Part shown: one piece after another, positions 1-9,152 of the stretch
How the letters are laid out: every line of letters begins with the position of its first letter
Position numbering within the stretch: position 1 is the stretch's first letter
Notes under the pieces: model-generated
The model's input: the letters and a program-made list of their open reading frames with translations, nothing else
Told to the model about the DNA's origin: nothing
Databases searched by the model: none
Program-made: the position numbers and the translations under genes
Source: an uncultured Chloroflexia bacterium
Lineage (GTDB): Bacteria > Chloroflexota > Limnocylindria > Limnocylindrales > CSP1-4
DNA length: 64,000 nucleotides
NCBI GenBank assembly: GCA_963813535.1
Contig: CAWEZH010000002.1
Location: forward strand, 128,001-192,000
Reading direction: 5' to 3'

Positions 1-182
1 TGTGGCGCGATCCGGTGAACGATTGGGGTGAGGACCTCCTCGCGGCGCACTATCGCGCGGGTCACGCAGGGGGCTGACCACCTTGCGCCGTGGCGGCCGG
101 GCCGTACACTCCGTCGAGCCTGTGTCGCCTGACCGGTGATCGCCGCGTCGGGCGGGCACGAAGCGAGTGAGGGATATCCACC

Positions 183-464
183 ATGATGGCGATCTTCGGA
201 GCACTCCTGCCCAGGTTCGTGCTCCTCGTCGGCTGGTTCAACGATCCGGGCTACTGGAACACCGTGATCCAATCACAGCTGTTCTTCCTGCTCGGCTTCC
301 TGTTCCTGCCCTGGACCACCCTGGTCTACGGCTTGGCGGCACCCAACGGCCTCAGCCTGCTCAACATCATCTTCCTGATCTTCGCGCTGTTGATCGACCT
401 TGCGACCTGGGGCGTCGGCGCCCTCGCGACGCGCAAGCAGGCGTCCTACTACCGCGGCACCTGA
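183..464 (+). CDS. small integral membrane protein (about 3 TM helices)
   Basis: 93 aa hydrophobic ORF with GAGGGA RBS upstream; FLPWTTL motif. Confidence 0.75.
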   Translation: MMAIFGALLPRFVLLVGWFNDPGYWNTVIQSQLFFLLGFLFLPWTTLVYGLAAPNGLSLLNIIFLIFALLIDLATWGVGALATRKQASYYRGT

Positions 465-574
465 CTGCCGCTTCGACGCGAACGAGGTCCTGCCGGGAAC
501 GAATCGACCCACGCCCGACGACTACCATCTGAGCGCGACGAAACCGCCGCGCCGACCTCGTAGTCCGGTGGGCC

Positions 575-1135
575 GTGGACCAGCGAGAACTCGTCGAGCG
601 AGCGCAGCGAGGCGATCATGACGCCTTCGCGACCCTTGCCGGCCTGTTCGTCGCGCGGCTGGATGCTGCCGCCCGCCTGATCCTCCGCGACCACGATCTC
701 GCCCGAGACGCGGTCCAGGACGGGTTCATCCGGGCCTGGCGCAGCCTGCCCTCCCTCCGCGATCCGGATCGCTTCGAGGGATGGTTGCGCAGCCTCGTGG
801 CCCGCTCATGCATCGACATCCTGCGCCGTCGTGGCCGCCGGCCGATCGAGGTCGAACTGATCTCGACGGACGGGCCATCGATCGACGACGTCTCGACCGT
901 GACCGCGGACCGAGACTTGCTCGACTTGATCCTCCGACGATTGCCGCCCGATCAGCGGGCGGTCGTCGTGCTCCGTTACTACTTCGACCTCGAGGTGCCC
1001 GAGATCGCCAGCACGCTGGGGATCCCGCTCGGCACCGCCAAATCCCGACTCCACCGATCGATGGGCCTGATGCGTTCCGCGCTGGCCGACATCGATCCCG
1101 ACCACGCCCCGGTGCCGAAGGGACAGTTCGCATGA
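575..1135 (+). CDS. ECF-type RNA polymerase sigma factor
   Basis: Region 2 (DAVQDGFIRAW...FEGWL) and region 4 (LPPDQRAVVVLRYY...EIASTLGIPLGTAKSRLHR). Confidence 0.93.
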   Translation: MDQRELVERAQRGDHDAFATLAGLFVARLDAAARLILRDHDLARDAVQDGFIRAWRSLPSLRDPDRFEGWLRSLVARSCIDILRRRGRRPIEVELISTDGPSIDDVSTVTADRDLLDLILRRLPPDQRAVVVLRYYFDLEVPEIASTLGIPLGTAKSRLHRSMGLMRSALADIDPDHAPVPKGQFA

Positions 1136-2385
1136 CCACGTTCGAGCGCTTCGAGCATGCGATCCCGGAGCTCATGACCGAGCTCGCGCCGGCGCAGGTC
1201 CCCGACTACTTCGATGACATGCTCCGGCAGACCGCGGCGCATCGGCAGCGGCCGGCCTGGAGCTTCCCCGAAAGGTGGCTTCCCATGGACATCGCGGTCC
1301 AGCCGCTCATGTCGCGGCGCTTCCCGTGGCGACCGCTCCTCGTCGCGGGGCTCATCGGCCTCTTGATCGCCGCGGGTCTCGCCGCGTACATCGGGTCGCA
1401 GCAGCGACTGCCGCCCCCATTCGGCCTCGCACGGAACGGTCAGATCCTGTTCAGCACACCGGAAGGCAAGATCGTGTCCGCCGATCCCGACACAGGCGCG
1501 ATAACCGCGCTCATCACAGGGCCAGACCTGGCCTCGAACCCCTGGTTCTCGAATGACGGCACCCGATTCGCGTTCGACCGGCGAACGGCGGGCAGCCCTG
1601 CTGGCTTGTTCGTCGCGAACGCAGATGGTACGAACGTGCGCCAGGTCGCCGATCCCGCTCCGGAGATCTCATGGTTCGATTGGTCGCCGACGGGAGACCG
1701 CTTCGCCCTCTCCCGTGCCGGTGATCCTCCGGGTCAGATCACGATCATGGACCCGTCCGACGGCTCGACGACGACGTTCCAGCTGGGACTCGAGATCGCG
1801 ACAGCCGCGTGGCGGCCGAACAGCGACCAACTCGTCGTTACCACGAACATGCCTGGCGGCTCCGCCGCGCAGGGCTTCTACCTCGTGGGATCGGATGGAG
1901 CTGGTCTCAAGCCGATCGTCGTCGGTCCCACGATCATCAACACGCCGACCGTCTCGCCCGATGGCGCGAAGCTGGCGTACGCCACATGGGAGGCTGGGGC
2001 AGAGGGGCGCATCCATTTCGCCGACATCGACTCGGGCGCCATCAGCGAAGTCGATTTCGCCCCTGGATTCGAGTACACCGACCTGAGCCCGGTGTTCTCA
2101 CCCGACGGGAAGACATTCGTCGTGCAGCGGTATGCGATCGACGGCTATCGGCTGACCGTGCTGAGCGTCGACGGGCAAGCCCGAGCGGTCCCTATGGGAT
2201 TGGCGCACCCGGACATGACTGACGGTGCGGCCGTGCTCTTCTCGCCCGATGGGACGAAGGTCCTGGCGACGTACAAGAACGACGGGACGACCTGGCTCCT
2301 GGATGTGGTGACCGGCGGTGGCGACCAGATGACCTGGTCCGTCCCGATGACGACAGACGCGACGTGGCAGCGTCTCGCACCGTGA
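1132..2385 (+). CDS. putative anti-sigma factor: cytoplasmic N-terminus, one TM helix, TolB/PD40-like beta-propeller
   Basis: ATGA overlap with the sigma stop codon; TM LLVAGLIGLLIAAGLAAYI; repeated WSPTG/VSPDG/FSPDG motifs. Confidence 0.8.
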   Translation: MTTFERFEHAIPELMTELAPAQVPDYFDDMLRQTAAHRQRPAWSFPERWLPMDIAVQPLMSRRFPWRPLLVAGLIGLLIAAGLAAYIGSQQRLPPPFGLARNGQILFSTPEGKIVSADPDTGAITALITGPDLASNPWFSNDGTRFAFDRRTAGSPAGLFVANADGTNVRQVADPAPEISWFDWSPTGDRFALSRAGDPPGQITIMDPSDGSTTTFQLGLEIATAAWRPNSDQLVVTTNMPGGSAAQGFYLVGSDGAGLKPIVVGPTIINTPTVSPDGAKLAYATWEAGAEGRIHFADIDSGAISEVDFAPGFEYTDLSPVFSPDGKTFVVQRYAIDGYRLTVLSVDGQARAVPMGLAHPDMTDGAAVLFSPDGTKVLATYKNDGTTWLLDVVTGGGDQMTWSVPMTTDATWQRLAP

Positions 2386-2401
2386 TGCGGAGCACCGTCG
2401 G

Positions 2402-2490
2402 TTAGTCGCTCGCGCTCGATTCTGCGGCGTCGATGGCCGCGGCCAAGTCGGCCGCGGCCACGGCGCGCGGCTCCTTGCCCTTCGGCCAGT
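2402..2490 (-). pseudogene. duplicated 3' end of the ferredoxin-NADP reductase gene
   Basis: Minus strand reads WPKGKEPRAVAAADLAAAIDAAESSASD*, versus WPKGKEPRGVAGAADLAAETDAAILNADQ* at 4218-4309; TCCTTGCCCTTCGGCCAGT is identical at 2472-2490 and 4291-4309. Confidence 0.8.
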
Positions 2491-2587
2491 CGCGACGGCA
2501 TGCCGCCGGTAGCCCGCAGCCGCACGCGGCTGAAGCCCCGGCGCGAGGCTGTGGGCGCGGGCCGATCTCGATCGAGAAATGATGAGA

Positions 2588-2641
2588 TTGACAGCGGCGC
2601 CAAAGCTACCTAGGATGCCGCTACATCGGATACAGATGTAG
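2588..2641 (+). promoter_or_regulatory. sigma70 promoter plus palindromic PadR operator
   Basis: TTGACA-17bp-TAGGAT (2588-2616), then CTACATC-N7-GATGTAG (2621-2641) just upstream of padR. Confidence 0.75.
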
Positions 2642-2651
2642 AGGTGGGCGG

Positions 2652-3005
2652 ATGAAGCAGCTGAAGTCGTTTGGCAACCAGCTTGTGAAAGGCACGACGC
2701 CGATGCTCGTACTTTCCGTGATCGGGGAAGGCGAGCTCTACGGCTACGAGATCGCTCAACGCATCCGGGAGGAGAGCGGGGGCGGCTTGGCGCCGTCCGA
2801 GGGGTCGCTCTACCCGACGCTGCATAGGCTCGAGGCGGACGGAGCCCTCGAGGCGGTCTGGCGCGAGAGCGACCGAGGGCCTCGTCGGCGCTACTACAAG
2901 GTGACGGATCACGGGCGGGGCCTGCTCGCCTCCAGCCAGGACGAGTGGTCGACGTTCGCGCGGATGGTCGAGCGCGTCGCCCTTCGAGGTGATCGGAATG
3001 GCTGA
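2652..3005 (+). CDS. PadR family transcriptional regulator
   Basis: YGYEIAQRI...EGSLYPTLHRLEADG...PRRRYYKVT winged HTH. Confidence 0.93.
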   Translation: MKQLKSFGNQLVKGTTPMLVLSVIGEGELYGYEIAQRIREESGGGLAPSEGSLYPTLHRLEADGALEAVWRESDRGPRRRYYKVTDHGRGLLASSQDEWSTFARMVERVALRGDRNG

Positions 3006-4197
3006 CTTTGATCCGACCCGCTGGACGTCGGACCGAGCCGGCTATCTCGCACGCGTCGCGGCGTCCTTGCGCCTCCCGGAAAGCGACGCCCGCGACGTCA
3101 TCGAGGAGCTGGAGGGCCACATCGCAGATTCCACCGCGGCGCTGATGGCGGACGGTCTCTCGCAAGAACAGGCCGAGCGGAATACCCTCGCCCGCCTCGG
3201 CGCACCCGACGTCCTTGCCGGGGATCTCCGGCGCGCTCGCCAGACGTCGCGTCGCATGATCGCGGCCGTCGGCGGAGGCGTGTGGGCCGCCACCCGCAGC
3301 GGGACGTTCGGTCTCCTGGTCGGGGCCGCGACAGCGCTCCCGGCCATGCTCCTCATTGCGGCGATCGTCGGGTTGTTGTTGCCGAGCGTGACGTTCCTGT
3401 TCGAGCCGGTCGGCATGGCAACGGGGATTGCGTGGGCATGGGCGATCGCCGCCTTTCTCGCTGCTGGCGCTGCGACACGCCGCATCGCCGTCACGGCTCG
3501 CCGTCCGATCGCCGATGTCCGCACCCCGGCCGCGCTGCTCGCCGCCCTCGTGATCGGCGCAGCCGTGCTGCTGATCCCGAGCCAGGCCCTCGACGAGCTG
3601 GCCGTCATCGTGTTGCTTGCGATCCCGCTCGGTGGCGTGTTGGGCGCGCTGCTCGCCACCGAACGCGGGCGACCCAGTCGCTGGCTGGCTCCGCTGGCGA
3701 TCCTCGTCATGGTGTTCGGCTTCGTTGCCCTGCCGTTGGCGATCCTCTGGGCGCCGCCAACGGTCACGTGGGGTGCGATCGTGCCGTCCGATCACCCAGC
3801 GTTCGAGGCCGAACCCGCCTTCGAGAGTCCGTTCGCGGATGGGATGGGGATCATCACCCAGAATCAGGACGGTCGATACGAACTGGAGACGACCGTCGGG
3901 CCGTCGATCGCGCAGTGGCGAAATTTGCGACTCGAGGTGTGGGCCTGCGCGCTCCCTTGCAGCGAACCTGATGCCGAGCGGACTGTGCTCATCGGCGATG
4001 CTCCAGCAAGCATCGCCAACGACCGGCTAACGGCTGCCGTGGTCATGAACCACTACCGCTACTCGGGTCCGATCGTCGCGCTCCTGCTGGGGACGGACGA
4101 AGGCGGCGTCCAGCACACGCTGTTCGGTCCCGACATCGGCAAAGCCGCATTCAACGGCCGGGTGATCGACTGGCTGTCGGCGCCAGTACCGTCCTAG
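2998..4197 (+). CDS. HAAS / permease-prefix domain multi-TM membrane protein
   Basis: YLARVAASL...DVIEELEGHI...LARLGAPDVLA HAAS signature; several TM helices; overlaps the padR stop. Confidence 0.8.
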   Translation: MADFDPTRWTSDRAGYLARVAASLRLPESDARDVIEELEGHIADSTAALMADGLSQEQAERNTLARLGAPDVLAGDLRRARQTSRRMIAAVGGGVWAATRSGTFGLLVGAATALPAMLLIAAIVGLLLPSVTFLFEPVGMATGIAWAWAIAAFLAAGAATRRIAVTARRPIADVRTPAALLAALVIGAAVLLIPSQALDELAVIVLLAIPLGGVLGALLATERGRPSRWLAPLAILVMVFGFVALPLAILWAPPTVTWGAIVPSDHPAFEAEPAFESPFADGMGIITQNQDGRYELETTVGPSIAQWRNLRLEVWACALPCSEPDAERTVLIGDAPASIANDRLTAAVVMNHYRYSGPIVALLLGTDEGGVQHTLFGPDIGKAAFNGRVIDWLSAPVPS

Positions 4198-4217
4198 CAG
4201 CGCGACTAACCGGTTTT

Positions 4218-5093
4218 CTACTGATCCGCGTTCAAGATCGCCGCGTCGGTCTCCGCCGCAAGGTCCGCCGCGCCAGCCACGCCGCGCGGTTCCTTGCCCT
4301 TCGGCCAGTACAGCTCCTTCTTGACCGACGCCTCGGGGAGTCCGAGGTCAAGGAGGGTCTGCTCGGCAGCGATGATCATGTCGGGGTTGCCACAGAGGTA
4401 GGCGATCGTGTCGTCCGGCTTGAGTCCGAGTTGCTCGAACACCGGGCCGACCACCGTCTCGGCGCGGCCGGTCCGGCCCTCCCAGGTGGCATTGGACGGG
4501 TCGCCGGGGCGGGAGACGGTGGGTACGAACGTCACCGGGTACTCGCCGCGCGTCTGCCAGCGCTCGAGGACGTCGCGATAGCCGAGGTCGCGCTCGTACG
4601 AGACGCCGTTGATGAACACCGCCCGACGGAGGTCGCCCGCGGCCATCGTCTCGCGCATCATCGACACGAATGGGGCATTGCCCGTGCCCGATGAGATGAA
4701 CAGGTGGACCCGATCGTCGCCGGGCTCGAGCAGGAACTTGCCCTTCGGCCCGATCATCCGCATCCGGTGGCCGACGGGCAGGTCCCACAGCACCGGCGTG
4801 AACGTGCCGCCCTGGACGAGCCGCAGGTAGAACTCGTAGCCGGTCGAGCCGGCCTCGCGCGGGGGTGACGCGACCGAGTACGGCCGCTGGACGATGCGCC
4901 CGTCGATGAACACGCCGATCGTCATGTACTGCCCGGGCTCGAAGGGCGTCGGTTCGCCGTCGAACTTGACCCAGAAGTAGCCCAGGCTCTCGTGCTGGTC
5001 GACGCGCTGGATCAGGGTCGCGTTGTAGCGCTCATCGTCGGTCGCGATGACGCCGCCGGGCTCGGCGGCCGCGGCGGCGGCGAGGTCGGTCAT
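4218..5093 (-). CDS. ferredoxin(flavodoxin)-NADP+ reductase family FAD-binding oxidoreductase
   Basis: FEPGQY, RPYSVAS, SGTGNAPF, YLCGNPDMI and ELYW motifs. Confidence 0.9.
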   Translation of the reverse strand: MTDLAAAAAAEPGGVIATDDERYNATLIQRVDQHESLGYFWVKFDGEPTPFEPGQYMTIGVFIDGRIVQRPYSVASPPREAGSTGYEFYLRLVQGGTFTPVLWDLPVGHRMRMIGPKGKFLLEPGDDRVHLFISSGTGNAPFVSMMRETMAAGDLRRAVFINGVSYERDLGYRDVLERWQTRGEYPVTFVPTVSRPGDPSNATWEGRTGRAETVVGPVFEQLGLKPDDTIAYLCGNPDMIIAAEQTLLDLGLPEASVKKELYWPKGKEPRGVAGAADLAAETDAAILNADQ

Positions 5094-5179
5094 GTGTGGA
5101 CGCATCTCCGGTGCGGTTCCGGAGATGGTACCCGGCGACGCCACTCGACCAGCGAGGGTCGCCGCCGGGCGATGTGGAG

Positions 5180-5764
5180 CTAGGCGGGATCCCCCTGCCC
5201 TCGACAGCTCACCTTCGGGTTCCAGTCGTTGAACAGACCGCGGGGATTGCCCTTCCAGACCCAAGCATGGATCTCGTAGAAGTCCGGAAGCCCGTATCGG
5301 TTGCCCGCCGGAACGAGCGTCAGCCGCCGCCCGAACAGGCGAGGCGCCCTCGACCCGTTGGCCTTGTGCCAGGCATCCTTTAGGACCACGTACTCGACGG
5401 CCACGAGCTGGTAGCCGCCATCGGTGCGGGGCTCGTAGACGAGCACTTCCGGCCGCAGCTTGTCCAGCGCGGGATCCTCGACCAGCGCGCCCTTCACGAA
5501 GTGCTGGCCCATCCCGCCCGTGCCGGTCTTGTCTGTGCAGAGGTAGAACTTGTCGTAGCCCGCCGCCATCGCGATATCCAGGTTGTGGAACGCATCGGTC
5601 GCCGCTCGCACATCCGCGAGCTGACTCGTCGAGCCCTGCGGGCCGCTGCCTGCCACGACGACCGCGGAACCGACGATGGCCATCACCGCGATCGCGCCGA
5701 TGACGGCGGTGCGGGCTGACGTGACTCGCCGGCGCGCGACCCGGGAAAACGCATCTGGTGTCAT
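5180..5764 (-). CDS. exported hypothetical protein
   Basis: N-terminal signal/TM; conserved-looking GMGQHFV...PEVLVYEP...HAWVWKGNPRGLF. Confidence 0.75.
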   Translation of the reverse strand: MTPDAFSRVARRRVTSARTAVIGAIAVMAIVGSAVVVAGSGPQGSTSQLADVRAATDAFHNLDIAMAAGYDKFYLCTDKTGTGGMGQHFVKGALVEDPALDKLRPEVLVYEPRTDGGYQLVAVEYVVLKDAWHKANGSRAPRLFGRRLTLVPAGNRYGLPDFYEIHAWVWKGNPRGLFNDWNPKVSCRGQGDPA

Positions 5765-5773
5765 GCGATCACC

Positions 5774-6022
5774 TCACACCTCGACCGAGACTTCGTAGAC
5801 CTCGGGGGTCGGATGCCCGGCCCGCTCGTGGATCCGCATCACGGCCTCCCTCGATGGTCCGGTCGCCAGGCAGAAGACCTTGCCGGCCTCCGGATCCATC
5901 CAGGCACGCTCGAAATGGACGCTTTCATCGCGCTCGATCGCCAGGTCGCGGTCATGCGCTTCGCGCAGCTGGTCGGCCGTCACGCCGAAGAACCCCGAAT
6001 GCACGTCCATGAACTTCGTCAT
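5774..6022 (-). CDS. DUF4242 / SCO4226-family nickel-binding protein
   Basis: KFMDVH...AHDRDL...GKVFCL...PSREAVMRIHERAGHP; GGAGG RBS. Confidence 0.85.
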   Translation of the reverse strand: MTKFMDVHSGFFGVTADQLREAHDRDLAIERDESVHFERAWMDPEAGKVFCLATGPSREAVMRIHERAGHPTPEVYEVSVEV

Positions 6023-6151
6023 CGACGCCTCCTGTCTCCTGTCCCGGCGAGGCGCCGGGTCCGTGGGCGAGACGGTCGCGCCGAAAACGGGCATCGTCAT
6101 CGGTCGAACGACCGATGACCTGCGACGGACCCGGCCTACACTGCGAGCACG

Positions 6152-9037
6152 ATGGGGACGCTAGCCTCGCTCCAGTGCCCGATCCTGGTCGGTCGAGACG
6201 ATCTGCTGCGGATGGCGGATCAGGCCATCGAGGCCGTCGCCGGAGGCGATGGTCGGACCCTGCTGATCGCCGGTGAGGCGGGCATCGGCAAGACGCGCCT
6301 GGTCGATGCGGTGATCCGTCGCGCGAGCAGCGCCGGCTTCGCGTATGCGGGCGGTGACCTCGCGCCGCAGGATGCCGACGTCCCGTTGGCCGTGCTCGGC
6401 GATCTGTTCCGCTCGATGCGGCACGCAGCCCCCTGGGCGGACCTCGGCGAAGAGCTCCTCGCTCGCTGCGCCCAGGCGGCGCGTGCCGGCGACACCTATA
6501 GCCGTGCGCTGGTCGTCGACATCGTCGACCGCATCCGCCCCTACCTCGATCGGCCGACCCTCCTCAAGTTCGAAGACCTCCAATGGGCGGACGATATGAG
6601 CCTCGAGGCGATCGCCGAGCTGGCCCGGTTCAGTGCCGAGCTGCCACTCCTCGTTCTCGGCGTCTATCGACGGGACGAGACACCGCCCGGCGCACCTCTC
6701 CGGGCGTGGCGATCCCGGCTGCTGACCCAGCGACGAGCGGAGGAGTTCGTCCTCCAGCGCTTGTCAGCCGACGACACCGGCACGATGACGACGTTGCTGC
6801 TCGGCTCGGGCATGCCCGCCCCTCGCGAGGTCGTCCAGGCGGTCTACCAACGGTCGGATGGACTGCCGCTCCATGTCGAGGAGCTGATCGGCGGGGCTCG
6901 GGCGCGGGGCCAGGTGGACGCGGAGGTCATCCACACCACGGACGTCCCGAACACGATCGAGGACGCCGTCCGGGCGCGAGCCGCGGAGCGATCGGCGGAA
7001 GCCCAGGCGGTCGCACGCGCCGGGGCGGTGATCGGGCGGTGCTTCGTCCCTGAGGTGCTTGCCGACGTGATGGACCGACCCGCGGGCGAACTGGAGGATG
7101 CCCTGCAGGAGCTCGTCGACCATGGATTCCTGTTCGAGTTCGGGACGGTCGACGCCGGCTACTACGACTTTCGCCATCAGCTGTTGCGAGAGGCGCTCTA
7201 CCGCGCCACGCCGGAGCGCGATCGACGGCAGTACCACGCTCGAGCGGCGGCGTTCGGGGCGACCCTGGAGGGCGCATCCGAGGTCCACGCTTCCCTGCAC
7301 TACGAGCGTGCGGGGCTCTCCGCGGAGGCATACAGGGCGGCGCGAGTCGGTGGCGAGGAGGCTGCTCGCCTATCTGCCCACCGCGAGGCCTTCGAATTGC
7401 TCCGGCGCGCGGTCCGCAACATGCCCGACGGGACGCCGGATCTGGAACGTGCTGAGCTTCTCGAGCGCTACGCGTCCGAGGCCGCTGCCATCGAGGAGAA
7501 CGAGACATCGGAAGCGATGACGTGGGCCGCGCGGGCGGCATATCAAGGGGCGGGCCGACCCGAACTGGCCGCGCTGATGCTGTCCAGCGTCCACACGTTG
7601 TGGCGACGGATGGGTCGACCGCTCAGCGACCGTCGGGCGCTGATCCAGCAGGCCGAGGCCGAGCTTTCGGGCGTGCCGGACGGCCTCGAACTGGAGGAGG
7701 TCCGCCGCGAGCTGACATACGACCGACTCGTGATCGAGGTCGACGCGAACGAGATCGGTGCGGCGCGCCGGACCGGCAAGCCGTTGCTGTCCGCCTTCCA
7801 GGCGGCCGGTGAGGTGGGGTCGATGGCTGCCGTTGCCGTCCGCCTGGCGATGGTCGACATCCTGGCTGGTGACCCCGATGCCGGGCTTGCGACGATGGTT
7901 CGACTCGCAGAGGAGGCGCGCGAGAACCGGGCCGAGGAGACCGGGGTCACGGCGTTCCGGGACACCGCGGTGATGGCGACACGCGTGATGGACTATGCGC
8001 GAGCCGACGAGAGCCTCTCCGAGGGGCTCGTGTACGCGGACTCGATCCAGCAGTCCCACTGCGCCCACGTCATGTCGGCTTTGACCGCCGAGATCGACTG
8101 GGCCGCCGGGCGATGGGACGCCGCGGTGCCGGCGGGCGAACAGGCGATCGCCGACCGCGGCTGCGCACGAGCCCCGAACATGGCCCGCTGGGCGGTCGGG
8201 TACGTGGCCTTCGGGCGCGGAGAGCTCGATCACGCTCGCGGACTCCTCCATGAGGCCCTGGGCTTCGGCGATCAGAGCGAGATGATCGAGTGGCGCCTCC
8301 CGCCGGCCTGGGGGCTTGCCGAGACCGCGCTGCTCGACCACGACGCAAGCGACGCCATCGACCGCTGCGAGGCGGCGCTGACGCTGTGCATCGCGACGGG
8401 AGAGCGGGCGCTGCTCGCACCCTTCGTCGTCACCGGCGTGCGCGCGTACCTGAGCGCGGGCCGACCGGGCGAGGCGGAGCGCTGGCTGGCCCGCTGCGCT
8501 GCGCATCTCGCGCCGACGCCGGCGTTCGGGCGGGCCGCTCTCGACCACGGGGCGGGCTTGGTGGCGCTCGCGTCCGGGTCGACCGGTACGGCACGCACGT
8601 CGCTCGAGGCAGCGGCAGCCGGCTGGGACCGTCACGGTCGACTGTGGGAATCACGATGGGCGAGCCTCGACCTGGCGAATGCCCATATCCGCTCGAACCG
8701 GTTCGCGGCGGCAGTGGCGATCGCAGCGGACGTCCGCGAGACCGCCGACCGACTGTCCTGCCCGAGCCTGCTCGCCGAAGCTGACCGACTTCTCCGCCAG
8801 GCGCGGGGCCGCGTCGCCGTCGATGAGCCGTGGCGCCCACTCACGGCGCGCGAGTTCGAAGTCGCCCGGCTGATCGGCGAAGGGCTGACCAACGCCGAGA
8901 TCGCCGATTCGCTCGGGATCGCGCCGAAGACGGCAAGCTCCCACGTCGAGCACATCCTGGCCAAGCTCGGTGCGTCCCGCCGCACGGAGATCGCAACCTG
9001 GGCGAGCAACGTCGACAGGAGCGCTGCCGCGCACTGA
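6152..9037 (+). CDS. AAA ATPase (STAND)-TPR-LuxR HTH transcriptional regulator
   Basis: Walker A GEAGIGKT, EDLQWAD, C-terminal LTAREFEVARLIGEGLTNAEIA...HVEHILAKLG. Confidence 0.92.
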   Translation: MGTLASLQCPILVGRDDLLRMADQAIEAVAGGDGRTLLIAGEAGIGKTRLVDAVIRRASSAGFAYAGGDLAPQDADVPLAVLGDLFRSMRHAAPWADLGEELLARCAQAARAGDTYSRALVVDIVDRIRPYLDRPTLLKFEDLQWADDMSLEAIAELARFSAELPLLVLGVYRRDETPPGAPLRAWRSRLLTQRRAEEFVLQRLSADDTGTMTTLLLGSGMPAPREVVQAVYQRSDGLPLHVEELIGGARARGQVDAEVIHTTDVPNTIEDAVRARAAERSAEAQAVARAGAVIGRCFVPEVLADVMDRPAGELEDALQELVDHGFLFEFGTVDAGYYDFRHQLLREALYRATPERDRRQYHARAAAFGATLEGASEVHASLHYERAGLSAEAYRAARVGGEEAARLSAHREAFELLRRAVRNMPDGTPDLERAELLERYASEAAAIEENETSEAMTWAARAAYQGAGRPELAALMLSSVHTLWRRMGRPLSDRRALIQQAEAELSGVPDGLELEEVRRELTYDRLVIEVDANEIGAARRTGKPLLSAFQAAGEVGSMAAVAVRLAMVDILAGDPDAGLATMVRLAEEARENRAEETGVTAFRDTAVMATRVMDYARADESLSEGLVYADSIQQSHCAHVMSALTAEIDWAAGRWDAAVPAGEQAIADRGCARAPNMARWAVGYVAFGRGELDHARGLLHEALGFGDQSEMIEWRLPPAWGLAETALLDHDASDAIDRCEAALTLCIATGERALLAPFVVTGVRAYLSAGRPGEAERWLARCAAHLAPTPAFGRAALDHGAGLVALASGSTGTARTSLEAAAAGWDRHGRLWESRWASLDLANAHIRSNRFAAAVAIAADVRETADRLSCPSLLAEADRLLRQARGRVAVDEPWRPLTAREFEVARLIGEGLTNAEIADSLGIAPKTASSHVEHILAKLGASRRTEIATWASNVDRSAAAH

Positions 9038-9152
9038 CCGAACAGCGGCTACCGACCCGCAACCGAGGGCGTCCGAACGGCGACGGTACAATCTCGGGGC
9101 CCTGATGACCTCGAGCGGGTCGTCCGCCCGCCACCCCCGGAGGCCCGTCCCG

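Noticed and set aside
2399-4212. GTTAGTC...GACTAAC ends as an integron cassette
   Set aside because: It does not fit GTTRRRY and no attC stem follows; kept only as an inverted repeat
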